Source: Candidatus Fokinia solitaria
Lineage (GTDB): Bacteria; Pseudomonadota; Alphaproteobacteria; Rickettsiales; Midichloriaceae
Direction: 5' to 3'
NCBI RefSeq assembly: GCF_003072485.1
Contig: NZ_CP025989.1
Coordinates: forward strand, 510,001-542,000
Length of the DNA stretch: 32,000 nucleotides
Positions within the stretch are counted from its first letter, which is position 1. The number at the start of each line of letters is the position of its first letter. Made by a program: the position numbers and the translations under genes. Below the pieces are notes generated by a model. The model was not told where the DNA came from. It did not search any database and was given only the letters and a program-made list of their open reading frames with translations. Positions 20,116 to 28,382 of the stretch are shown here, piece by piece.

Positions 20116-20530
20116 TAAGCTTTTATTTTAGAGAGAAGAACTTCCTATAGCTAGCATATAAGCAGCAATGTACAGAGTTTTAGCTTTTAGCTTTTGCGTT
20201 GTAAAATCTGTAAAGTTCGCCATGTGAAGCGCACTGCCTTTCAAGTATGCGATGGTTGTGCGAGAAAGTATCTTTCCTTCTCAAGATGAAATTTATGATT
20301 GATGTGCCCTCACTTAGTTTCTTTGTACTCTGCTTTCTAAGCTAAGATGCAATTTGTTCGGAGATATGCATTATTTCATTTATAGTAACGACTGTATCGC
20401 TCTTTCTTACCATCTCTTTCTTGATTTCTTTTATCTCTAACTACTGCGCTATCGCAGTGTGAACGGTAGAATTTATAAGCAGCATATTGCCACTCACCTC
20501 TCATTACGATAAAGAGAAGTAAATCTTTTT

Positions 20531-20594
20531 GCTGTATTTCAAAAGTGCTTTTCTTTGCTGTATTTCAAAAGCACATCTCTTTCCTGTATTTGAA
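20531..20594. repeat. Three imperfect ~26-bp-period direct repeats
   Basis: gctgtatttcaaaag (20531-20545), gctgtatttcaaaag (20557-20571), cctgtatttgaa (20583-20594). Overlaps an inverted repeat gtgctttt (20545-20552) / aaaagcac (20567-20574). Confidence 0.7.
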
Positions 20595-20639
20595 CGTATA
20601 TAATTATAAAATTTTTCTACTGCTGTAATTGATCTTACA

Positions 20640-21725
20640 TTAATGCATAAATAATTCGCAGAATTTTAACCCTTTCTTAGAAGGAAAACTCGATTGTTGA
20701 TTAGTAAGAATTACTATTCCAACTTCTGCAGAAGGCACAAAACCAATAAAAGAATTTACTCCATTGATTGAACCGCCATGGAAAATCATTTTTTTATTCG
20801 ATGTTTTTCCTACTCTCCATCCAATTGCATAATACTTTTTTATTCCACTACGTTTATCCTTTGAATGACTTTTCACAACAGGAGTATATAAGTAGCGCAA
20901 CATTTTCCTAGAAATAACATCTTCTCTATATCCAGAACTTAGTTTCAAGATTTCTATCATTCCATTCAACGAAGCAAATACACCAGCGGCAGAAGAAACG
21001 GTCTTCGGATAATAAGGTGGAAATGGTAAAGATTTCAATACCCTCTTCCCTTTTCTCTTTATCACAAGATGCGGGTAAGCAATTGCGTGATTTCTTTTTA
21101 TCGGAAACATATGAATACCATTTACTCCTAAACGATCAGACATTGCGACAACAGCGTTCCGTAAATTTAATTCATTAGCTTTCAAAAATTCTTCAGATAA
21201 GCTGAAAATCGCATTACTATAAAAATAGCACTCTCCTACTCTACACTTTGGGCATTGTTTTGATATCTGAGAAAGTAATGCATTTCGAGAAAACCCTCTT
21301 TCTATTTGCGGATTTCCGGAGAAGTCATAGCCTGTACTATGGCTTAAAATATCCTTCATACTAATATCTGTGCCGATACATGAAAGCTTTATTTTCTTCT
21401 CGAAGGAAAAATCGCTATGTTCAGCGAGAAACGCAATACTCAACGCAGATATTGGTTTTGAAACAGATGCAAGCGGAAATAGCGTATCTGCGGTAATCTT
21501 TTGACGATTACCGATTCTTTTACCAAAAGTTGTCTTATAAACTACACGTCCTTTGTATAGAATTGCTATTGCGCCGCCTTGCAATGTATGTTTTTCCCGC
21601 TGGCATTCCTCTGCAAATTTCTTAATCTTCAATAAGTTATCATTGCTAGCTGTAGCTATGCTTGCACTACATAGAAAAAATAGTATAAAGAAAATCAAAG
21701 AATCTCTTAACATTAACCTTTGCAA
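20640..21725 (-). CDS. Beta-lactamase-fold serine hydrolase (class C / penicillin-binding-like)
   Basis: Signal-like N-terminus; SxxK in TLFPLASVSKPISAL, YxN in CYFYSNAIFSL, HGG in KMIFHGGSINGVNSFIGF. Confidence 0.82.
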   Translation of the reverse strand: MQRLMLRDSLIFFILFFLCSASIATASNDNLLKIKKFAEECQREKHTLQGGAIAILYKGRVVYKTTFGKRIGNRQKITADTLFPLASVSKPISALSIAFLAEHSDFSFEKKIKLSCIGTDISMKDILSHSTGYDFSGNPQIERGFSRNALLSQISKQCPKCRVGECYFYSNAIFSLSEEFLKANELNLRNAVVAMSDRLGVNGIHMFPIKRNHAIAYPHLVIKRKGKRVLKSLPFPPYYPKTVSSAAGVFASLNGMIEILKLSSGYREDVISRKMLRYLYTPVVKSHSKDKRSGIKKYYAIGWRVGKTSNKKMIFHGGSINGVNSFIGFVPSAEVGIVILTNQQSSFPSKKGLKFCELFMH

Positions 21726-21780
21726 TCGAAGTAAATTACAATTCTGATAAATAAAAAAGACATCTCACTTCAGGTGTCTA

Positions 21781-23055
21781 CTACCCTCCGATGTCGAATT
21801 TATTCTGATAGTTACTTTTTAGCAAGAGAATAACAATAAATAGTGCGGGTATGGATAATAACACCGATACTACGAAATATACTTTCCATCCAAAAAGCGA
21901 TGCTATAAATCCAGAAAAAGAACTGAATATATTTCTCATAAGCTGCGAAGACGAACTTAATATAGCAAACATTGTAGCTCTATAAGAGTTTTGCGCTCTA
22001 CAAAACATACTCATGAAACTTATTATAGCAACATTAGCAAAACCCTGGCAAACCTTTTCCAAACACGAAATCGCACCTAATATCATGTTTCCAGCAGATG
22101 ATGATAGAAATATCAAAAACAACAAATTAGAGAAAGCTGCCATAATTTCAGCAGCAAGTAATATATGTATTGTTTTCTCAAAAAATCTTCGAAGAATGTA
22201 GCTTCCAATTACTGTACCTGTTAAGAATCCGATTGTGCCAAAAATCTTATTAAACGTGGCAAGCTGTTCTTTTGAGAAACCATTTTCTAAAAGAAATGGC
22301 ATTAGCAATACATCCATAAATCCATCGCTTAGTTTGAATGTAGCAACTAAAAGCAATATCAATACGGCTTTATCAGCTGCAAGAAATGTGGTAAAGGCAC
22401 CACAATACTCTTTAATAAAAGAAGCAATTTCGTACTTTTTCTTTTGAAGCGTGACGATGGCATCATCTATTTTGTAAATTACTATCAGATACAATGAACA
22501 TAGAAATCCGCAAATAGCATATACACTATTCCAAGAGACAATACTTACAAGATTGAGAGTGATAAAACTGATGCATGAGATTGCGGTTGTCCACCCTAGA
22601 ATAAAGTATAAATCAACTTTCGGAATTTCATAATTATTTGCAGCTTCTAACCTAAATGCTTCTAGGCTATTATCAAAAGTTGCGCACATGGACGCTTGTA
22701 GCAGCGTAAAAGCAAAAAATACACATTCGTTATAAACCATAAAAGGAATAGCGATCATACTCAACGAGATCATAATCTGAAGTAAGAACATCCATCTCTT
22801 CCTCATGCACCACTTTTTCGGAAACAACATATCTAGCGGTATAATGTCGGTAAATGGCGCACTTAAAGATTTAAAAGAAAATGGTAACATCCTAGCTGAG
22901 AGGATACCTAATGAAATCAAAGAGTACTTTATATCATGTAGAAAGACAGTCGTCACAACAGAAAGCACGCCAAATGAGGTGCCGCTACATGCACCTAAAA
23001 GAAATAATCTTAAATGTACTATATGTGGAAATAAATGTCGCCATATTAATTTCAT
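21781..23055 (-). CDS. AmpG-like / PAT-family MFS transporter (track start 23121; internal MKLIWRHL Met plausible)
   Basis: About 12 hydrophobic segments; SLGILSARMLPFSFKSLSAPFTDIIPLDMLFPKKWCMRKRWMFLLQI resembles the AmpG N-terminal motif (LPYTFKFLWAPLLDR...GRRRGWL). Confidence 0.7.
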   Translation of the reverse strand: MKLIWRHLFPHIVHLRLFLLGACSGTSFGVLSVVTTVFLHDIKYSLISLGILSARMLPFSFKSLSAPFTDIIPLDMLFPKKWCMRKRWMFLLQIMISLSMIAIPFMVYNECVFFAFTLLQASMCATFDNSLEAFRLEAANNYEIPKVDLYFILGWTTAISCISFITLNLVSIVSWNSVYAICGFLCSLYLIVIYKIDDAIVTLQKKKYEIASFIKEYCGAFTTFLAADKAVLILLLVATFKLSDGFMDVLLMPFLLENGFSKEQLATFNKIFGTIGFLTGTVIGSYILRRFFEKTIHILLAAEIMAAFSNLLFLIFLSSSAGNMILGAISCLEKVCQGFANVAIISFMSMFCRAQNSYRATMFAILSSSSQLMRNIFSSFSGFIASLFGWKVYFVVSVLLSIPALFIVILLLKSNYQNKFDIGG

Positions 23056-23114
23056 ATAGCTTTTATTGGTACACCATAATACATTATTTATATGGTAGCA
23101 CATCATCTTTTTTA

Positions 23115-24020
23115 GTGCCATATCAATCCAAAATCATTCATAAATTGAGTACTATCATAACGAAAAGATACAAAATAGAGTGCGCTATAGGAATTGAAGT
23201 AGAGTTTTACGCAATACCTAAAAATCGATACAAACACAGTACTATAGTTGAATTGGCAGAAAAACTAAAACAATGCGGAGTATCAGTGGTTAAAGAAGAT
23301 GATGAAGATCAATACGAAATTAGAATACCTCACACTACAGATCTTAATCGCTTATGCGAAAAAATTGAAATGTGCAATAAAGTACTAGAAAACTGCAATC
23401 AACATATAATTATTACGTCAGCAAAGCCATTTTTAAAAAAAAATGCATCGAGTGCACAGTACAACATTAGTTTACATATTGATAGCAAAAACATCTTTTC
23501 TCAGTCATCTATTACAAAAAATGACCATCTAACGAGTTACGTCAATAGTATCTTAGAAATGCTGAACGATGCTTTATACTTTCTACTGTCTCAAGATAAT
23601 GAGGAATACGCTCGCTTCGGTAGTAGTATACACACACCTCTGACAGTAAGCTGGGGGATCAACAATAGAACTGCCGCAATCAGAATACCATCTTCATATC
23701 ACGAAAACAGAAGGATAGAATTTAGGGTGCCATCACCTAAGTCATCGCACGATAACGTAGTACTATTTTTGCTAATATCACTCTTACACAAGATAGCGGT
23801 TTCTCAGAAGAAACACTATTCACCAATATATGGAAATGCGCATGATACAGCGCTGTACGGAGGCGAACCTTTGCACTCCTCTCACAAAGCAGCGGCGGCG
23901 AACTTCAGATTGCCAGAACGCATTATACTCATATCAAACGCCTTTGAACGAAGTGATTATGAAATGCAAAACATCCTTTCTGAAATTCACGCCTTACTGC
24001 TACAACACAAAATACCTTAG
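23115..24020 (+). CDS. Reduced glutamine-synthetase-like protein (catalytic-domain-like; GTG start suggested at 23115, track gives 22911)
   Basis: CAIGIEVEFYAIPK, YNISLHID, YARFGSSIHTPLTVSWGINNRTAAIRIPSS...RRIEFRVPSPKSS, matching GS catalytic patterns (NRSA..RIP...R.E.R.PD). Starting at 22911 would overlap the opposite-strand MFS gene. Confidence 0.6.
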   Translation: MPYQSKIIHKLSTIITKRYKIECAIGIEVEFYAIPKNRYKHSTIVELAEKLKQCGVSVVKEDDEDQYEIRIPHTTDLNRLCEKIEMCNKVLENCNQHIIITSAKPFLKKNASSAQYNISLHIDSKNIFSQSSITKNDHLTSYVNSILEMLNDALYFLLSQDNEEYARFGSSIHTPLTVSWGINNRTAAIRIPSSYHENRRIEFRVPSPKSSHDNVVLFLLISLLHKIAVSQKKHYSPIYGNAHDTALYGGEPLHSSHKAAAANFRLPERIILISNAFERSDYEMQNILSEIHALLLQHKIP

Positions 24021-24025
24021 AAAAA

Positions 24026-24889
24026 CTATAACTCTCCGTCGGAAGCTCTATTTTTAACCAAAGCAATTTCTATAATTTTTACGTCTTTCTCTTCAAGTAC
24101 TGCTCTCGCATTCTGAGAAACTTTATGCACCTCTATCGAACGAAAAGCTTTATCGAGAATAGTATCCGGCTCCTTAGGGCCAAGTAACTTGACATTCTCT
24201 CCCTTCTTTTCAATTAATCCGAGTTCAATCATTACATCCATTGTTACGTCAGAATCCGCATTAATCTTCTCATTTCTAATCAGATCATTCAGCGCATCAA
24301 CACTAATTAAAGTATACTCTATCCTGTTAGTACTTCTAAAACCACGCTTAGGTAGCCTTGTGTACAAAGGCATTTGCCCTCCTTCAAATCCATTTAATGC
24401 AACTCCACTCCGTGCAGTCTGTCCTTTTCCACCTCTACCGGATGTCTTTCCAAGCCCTGAACCAACGCCACGACCGAGTACTTTTTTACCTCTTCTAGCG
24501 CCGTAATTATCTCTGAAGTCATTCAGCTTCGTGAAGGAGTTGCTACGCTCATCGCCTCGCTGTCCATACTCATCGTTTCTTCTACGAAATGAACTTCCGT
24601 CTCCTCTACCGTAAAATCCTGAACGTTCACCATCTCGTTGCGGACGCTCGTCGCTTCTGCTACGAAACGAGTTTCTGCCATCTGTTCTACCGTAAAATCC
24701 AGAGCGCTCACCATCACGTTGTCCGCGGTCTGCTCCTCTACCACGAAAAGAACTTCCACGCTCTGTCTCAGTAGAAAAACTAGATGAACGCTCGCTACTA
24801 CGATATCCTCGTTCACTTCTTTGTCCTGGCTCTCGCCTTTCGTTACCTCTCTCACTATATGAGGAATTTTTATAAGCTTTTCTTCGCAT
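24026..24889 (-). CDS. rplO: 50S ribosomal protein L15 with long Arg/Gly/Ser-rich N-terminal extension
   Basis: C-terminal ~168 aa is canonical L15 ([42 protein letters not shown]...[18 protein letters not shown]). It is preceded in frame by ~119 aa of repetitive RG/RS/ER-rich sequence. Confidence 0.95.
   Translation of the reverse strand: MRRKAYKNSSYSERGNERREPGQRSERGYRSSERSSSFSTETERGSSFRGRGADRGQRDGERSGFYGRTDGRNSFRSRSDERPQRDGERSGFYGRGDGSSFRRRNDEYGQRGDERSNSFTKLNDFRDNYGARRGKKVLGRGVGSGLGKTSGRGGKGQTARSGVALNGFEGGQMPLYTRLPKRGFRSTNRIEYTLISVDALNDLIRNEKINADSDVTMDVMIELGLIEKKGENVKLLGPKEPDTILDKAFRSIEVHKVSQNARAVLEEKDVKIIEIALVKNRASDGEL
24605..24721 (-). repeat. In-frame repeat inside the rplO extension ([12 protein letters not shown] copies, period 81 bp)
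   Basis: Copies encoding [12 protein letters not shown] at 24686-24721 and 24605-24640, with a degenerate third copy [11 protein letters not shown] just downstream. Confidence 0.8.
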
Positions 24890-25064
24890 ACTTAATATAT
24901 TGCCGTTGTAATAACGTACGAAATAGTATCATAACATATGCGGATGTACAAACACAAATATAAATTTTTAGTAAAGCGCATCTACATTTGGATACTATAT
25001 GTTGCACTACGCGCTATTTAATGGTAGCATTACGCTAAATTGGTGAATTTCAGCTTAACATACT

Positions 25065-25358
25065 ATGCCTAGGAGATGTGACGTAAATGGTAAGACAGTT
25101 ATTTATGGTAATAACGTTTCGCATTCTAATAGAAGAACACGCAGAAGATTCCTGCCTAACATACAAAATGTTAGTGTATTCAGTTCTGCGATGCAGAAAT
25201 TCTTCAGACTAACTGTCTCTACCGCAGGTCTTCGTACATTGGATAAACATCATGGCATAGATAACTATCTGCTCGCTACCTCGAATGAAAAGTTGACGTC
25301 AAAACTTCTTAACATTAAGAAGGCTATCCTTGCGAATTCTAGTTCTTGTGCTGAATAA
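25065..25358 (+). CDS. rpmB: 50S ribosomal protein L28
   Basis: MPRRCDVNGKTVIYGNNVSHSNRRTRRRFLPNIQNV...LTVSTAGLRTLDKHHGID; canonical L28. Confidence 0.95.
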   Translation: MPRRCDVNGKTVIYGNNVSHSNRRTRRRFLPNIQNVSVFSSAMQKFFRLTVSTAGLRTLDKHHGIDNYLLATSNEKLTSKLLNIKKAILANSSSCAE

Positions 25359-25376
25359 AATTTAAATGAAGCAATC

Positions 25377-25898
25377 ATGAATAGAGATGATAGGCTTTCT
25401 ACTATAAAGATCCTCTACGAGATTTCGTGTAAATCTTTTCTTTCAGAACGTGCACACGGAGATATATGGAACACAATGTCTGATCAGTATTCCAGCGATA
25501 ACTCTGAATATCATGAATTGCACGATTTTTATTCTGAAGAACTCGCAGAAGTAGATTTACGTGCTCCGTTCGTGAATGATGACGTAAGAAGTGCAGTAGC
25601 TTATTGCGCAATGAATCACCACAGCATTATCAAAACCATATCTAGCTGTCTTCAGAATGGTACCGATATATCAATGTCATATATGTTAGAAGCTATCCTT
25701 AAGTGCGCTTTTTACGAAGTATCTAAAAGAGTAGAATACGACATTGTATGGAAAAGCCGCCTTATATCCGAGTATTTAAGTATAGCGCCGCTTTTCGGAC
25801 AAACACAACGCTCCGGATTGATTAATCACTTACTCGATGCATGCTGGAAAAAGCTTAGCAACTTACCTAAAGCTTCAGTAGAAGCGGTGGTACAATAA
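25377..25898 (+). CDS. nusB: NusB-like transcription antitermination factor (divergent)
   Basis: N-terminal RLSTIKILYEI (cf. NusB R..A...LY), C-terminal MLEAILKCAFYEVSKRVEYDIVWKSRLISEYLSIAPLFGQTQRSGLINHLLDACW (cf. ILRAA.YEL....P..VVINEYV.IAK.F.....GFVN.VLD). Confidence 0.6.
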   Translation: MNRDDRLSTIKILYEISCKSFLSERAHGDIWNTMSDQYSSDNSEYHELHDFYSEELAEVDLRAPFVNDDVRSAVAYCAMNHHSIIKTISSCLQNGTDISMSYMLEAILKCAFYEVSKRVEYDIVWKSRLISEYLSIAPLFGQTQRSGLINHLLDACWKKLSNLPKASVEAVVQ

Positions 25899-26962
25899 TG
25901 ATCGTTCTAGGTATAGAATCCAGTTGTGATGATGCTTGTGTCTCACTAGTGAAGGATGATGGTACAATTCTTTTTAGCGATTCTTATGCTCACACTGTAC
26001 TACATGCGCTATATGGAGGAGTTGTGCCGGAAATCGCTTCAAGATCTCACACTCAATCTCTTCCAAAATTATTCATGCGCTGTATCAATGAGTCAAAGAT
26101 TTCTCTCTCAAATATAGATTTTATAGGAGTGACTGCAGGACCAGGATTAGTCAGTGCTCTCATGGTAGGTATCGCTTTTGCAAAAGGTATCGCAACAGCT
26201 CTTAAAAAACCGTGCATTCCAGTAAATCACTTGGAAGCGCACGCTCTTGCTCCTAGGATGTCTAACAAAGATCTTTCTTTTCCGTATTTACTCTTATTAG
26301 TATCAGGAGGAAATACGCAACTCGTATTATCGCTAGGTATAGGAAAACATATAATAATAGGAGAGACACTAGATGACGCAATTGGAGAGACTTTTGATAA
26401 AGTCGCTCAATTTCTTAAATTAGGATACCCTGGAGGCCCGTTAATAGAAAGAATGGCAAAACACGGAAAACAGGAAGCGTATCGATTTCCAAAACCGTTA
26501 TATAAAAGTAATACGCTAAATTTCTCCTTCTCAGGTTTAAAAACAGCTATTAAAAAAGCAATTCTTAATAAAAATGAAATAAATCAGAATGATATATGCG
26601 ATATATGCGCTTCTTTTCAACGTACTATTCTCGATCTGTTAAACGATAAAATAGCTCAAGCTATTATATATGCTAAAAGAGATTATAATATTCAAATTGA
26701 AAGAGTAGTAATAGCAGGTGGCGTTTCTGCTAATGCGTTTTTATCTCATAACATAGGAAATTTTCTATGCAGTCTCGGCTGTAAATTATTTTTCTGTGAA
26801 GCAGCTCTATGTACCGATAATGCAGCAATGATTGCATGGACAGCGATAGAAAAGGTAAAAAACAGCTACACTTTAAATAAGCCTCTTCAGGAAAAATATA
26901 GCAGCACCATGAATTTCACGGTATCGCCAAATATGCGACTATCACTGACTGAAGAAGATTAA
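25898..26962 (+). CDS. tsaD: tRNA N6-adenosine threonylcarbamoyltransferase TsaD
   Basis: MIVLGIESSCDDACVSLV, GGVVPEIASRSHTQ, GVTAGPGLVSALMVG, NHLEAHAL, LLVSGGNTQLVL, GGPLIERMA, FSFSGLKTA, IAGGVSANAFL; the start overlaps the upstream stop. Confidence 0.97.
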   Translation: MIVLGIESSCDDACVSLVKDDGTILFSDSYAHTVLHALYGGVVPEIASRSHTQSLPKLFMRCINESKISLSNIDFIGVTAGPGLVSALMVGIAFAKGIATALKKPCIPVNHLEAHALAPRMSNKDLSFPYLLLLVSGGNTQLVLSLGIGKHIIIGETLDDAIGETFDKVAQFLKLGYPGGPLIERMAKHGKQEAYRFPKPLYKSNTLNFSFSGLKTAIKKAILNKNEINQNDICDICASFQRTILDLLNDKIAQAIIYAKRDYNIQIERVVIAGGVSANAFLSHNIGNFLCSLGCKLFFCEAALCTDNAAMIAWTAIEKVKNSYTLNKPLQEKYSSTMNFTVSPNMRLSLTEED

Positions 26963-27048
26963 AGAACATACTTCATGTACTATATTTTACTTAAGGCAAT
27001 TTAGAGATATTGCGCATAAGGTATAAAAAATTTATAATTCTGTTATAA

Positions 27049-27297
27049 ATGGAAGTGCTATTAAATATGGAATCCGAATTCTTATCACAGGGTGGATTTG
27101 ATGGTAATAAAAGATATAATCTACCATTAGAGGATTGGATAACTACTGCTAATCATCCTCCTGCACTATTCTGGGGTGCTGAGATATCTAATATGCTACA
27201 TAAAATAAGATTAGAGGATGCAGCACTACTCACTAGTAGAATAGGTTCGGGACTCGGTGATGCGAAAATACCAAGTCTGTTTAATAGCAGGAAATAG
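27049..27297 (+). CDS. Small hypothetical protein (82 aa)
   Basis: ORF MEVLLNMESEFLSQGGFDGNKRYNLPLEDWITTANHPPALFWGAEISNMLHKIRLEDAALLTSRIGSGLGDAKIPSLFNSRK, followed directly by a 7-bp-stem hairpin. No family recognised. Confidence 0.4.
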   Translation: MEVLLNMESEFLSQGGFDGNKRYNLPLEDWITTANHPPALFWGAEISNMLHKIRLEDAALLTSRIGSGLGDAKIPSLFNSRK

Positions 27298-27494
27298 AAC
27301 GTACTCTTTAGAAGAGTAATTCGTATAATTCACTCTGCTGCTTTCATAATATATAGTTGTAGCTGATATAGCGTTCAGTATGCTATATTAACCGATATTC
27401 ATGAGGGAGTGGAAACTCATTTTCTGTAAGCTTCTATGCTTATAAACACTCGTCACTGTGTAAAATTTTCTTCATAACAATGATAGGAGTCTAT

Positions 27495-27677
27495 ATGATA
27501 ATAGGCATTGTGTCGTTTTCCACTATCAACGGGATTATCATATACATGTTTTTTGTTAACCTAAAGAAAGAAGCTGAGATGAGGAAAAAAGCACTAGAAG
27601 AAAGACGTATAATACGCTTAAGAATAATGAAAACACTCCGCGCAAAATACTATCGAGATTTTGATGAAGCATGTTAA
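27495..27677 (+). CDS. Small single-TM protein (start after taggag; track start 27480)
   Basis: MIIGIVSFSTINGIIIYMFFVNLKKEAEMRKKALEERRIIRLRIMKTLRAKYYRDFDEAC: hydrophobic N-terminus, basic amphipathic tail, Shine-Dalgarno-like aggag before the Met. Confidence 0.5.
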   Translation: MIIGIVSFSTINGIIIYMFFVNLKKEAEMRKKALEERRIIRLRIMKTLRAKYYRDFDEAC

Positions 27678-28023
27678 TGACGTTATATCTCTTAGAAAGA
27701 ATATCATAATCTAGTAAGAAGACTAAAATTTATCGCGCATAGCAATATAGAAAGTGCTCTATCAGCAAATAGTAAATTGCAAAATCTCAAAATTCTGAGA
27801 AATATCAGAATAACCACTAATGAAGTAATCTGCTATAAAAAAAGAGAAAATATTAGATAGAAAAATCATATATAAAGTAGTAGCGCGAAGTAGCATCGAT
27901 AGATTTATGCGAAGTGGCAAAGAGTATCTCTTCCATGCGGATACTCTTCGAGATACTACATTCTGCAATTAGATAGCACCTCAGAAAAAGCATAAAGTGC
28001 TATATTAGAGTCTTATAGTTAGT

Positions 28024-28227
28024 TTATTCATCAAACATCCAGTGATATCTCCAAAGCCTTCCTCTAATTCTTCTTTCCATCCTAACAATCATCTTCTCTT
28101 TTTGTATCTCTATTCTTACGTTTGCTTCTTCCTTCAATTTTCTCTTTATAGCAAGAGATAATGCAATACTTGTGATCATGAAGAGAATTATACCACATAC
28201 TATAAGAGCGAGCATCGCGAGATACAA
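28024..28227 (-). CDS. Small single-TM protein resembling the 27495-27677 product
   Basis: MYLAMLALIVCGIILFMITSIALSLAIKRKLKEEANVRIEIQKEKMIVRMERRIRGRLWRYHWMFDE: same architecture, and aligns around LKxEAxxR...R...FDE. Confidence 0.45.
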   Translation of the reverse strand: MYLAMLALIVCGIILFMITSIALSLAIKRKLKEEANVRIEIQKEKMIVRMERRIRGRLWRYHWMFDE

Positions 28228-28253
28228 AAAACTTATTTAAATATGCCATGCAA

Positions 28254-28280
28254 AGTACGTCACATAAGCTGTGACGTACT
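28254..28280. terminator. Perfect 11-bp-stem hairpin (no strong T tract)
   Basis: agtacgtcaca-taagc-tgtgacgtact. Confidence 0.4.
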
Positions 28281-28332
28281 GAAGTTATTACAGCAGTTTT
28301 TCAAAATCTAAACCATCACTGCATTTCAAATA

Positions 28333-28375
28333 GCGAGGCAATATATCATAAAATCTTCATCATATATTGCCACGC
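28333..28375 (-). terminator. Hairpin immediately after the giant ORF stop
   Basis: gcg-a-ggcaatatat (28333-28346), 15-nt loop, atatattgcc-a-cgc (28362-28375); perfect 10-bp core plus 3 bp beyond a mismatch, 7 nt past the TAA at 28383-28385. Confidence 0.45.
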
Positions 28376-28382
28376 ATTCTTA

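Noticed and set aside
20640-21725. Antibiotic-resistance beta-lactamase
   Set aside because: It has SxxK/YxN/HGG motifs, but the overall sequence looks like a general penicillin-binding or serine-hydrolase relative. There is no evidence for drug hydrolysis, and HGG instead of KTG is not diagnostic of AmpC.
24189-24855. ORFs 24189..24506(+), 24523..24855(-) and 24589..24774(-) over rplO
   Set aside because: Alternative frames of the repetitive L15 extension or body. Their repetitiveness comes from the 81-bp DNA repeat in the real frame, which is fused to canonical L15.
24533-24889. Possibility that the RG-rich segment is a separate small gene or CRISPR/repeat array
   Set aside because: It is in frame with L15 with no stop between them; the units are coding-type and imperfect with no spacers, so it is treated as a protein extension.
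27762-27968. 68-aa minus-strand ORF with a hydrophobic stretch
   Set aside because: No good ribosome-binding site, AT-rich hydrophobic codons arise by chance, and no similarity to the two neighbouring small TM ORFs. Left uncalled.
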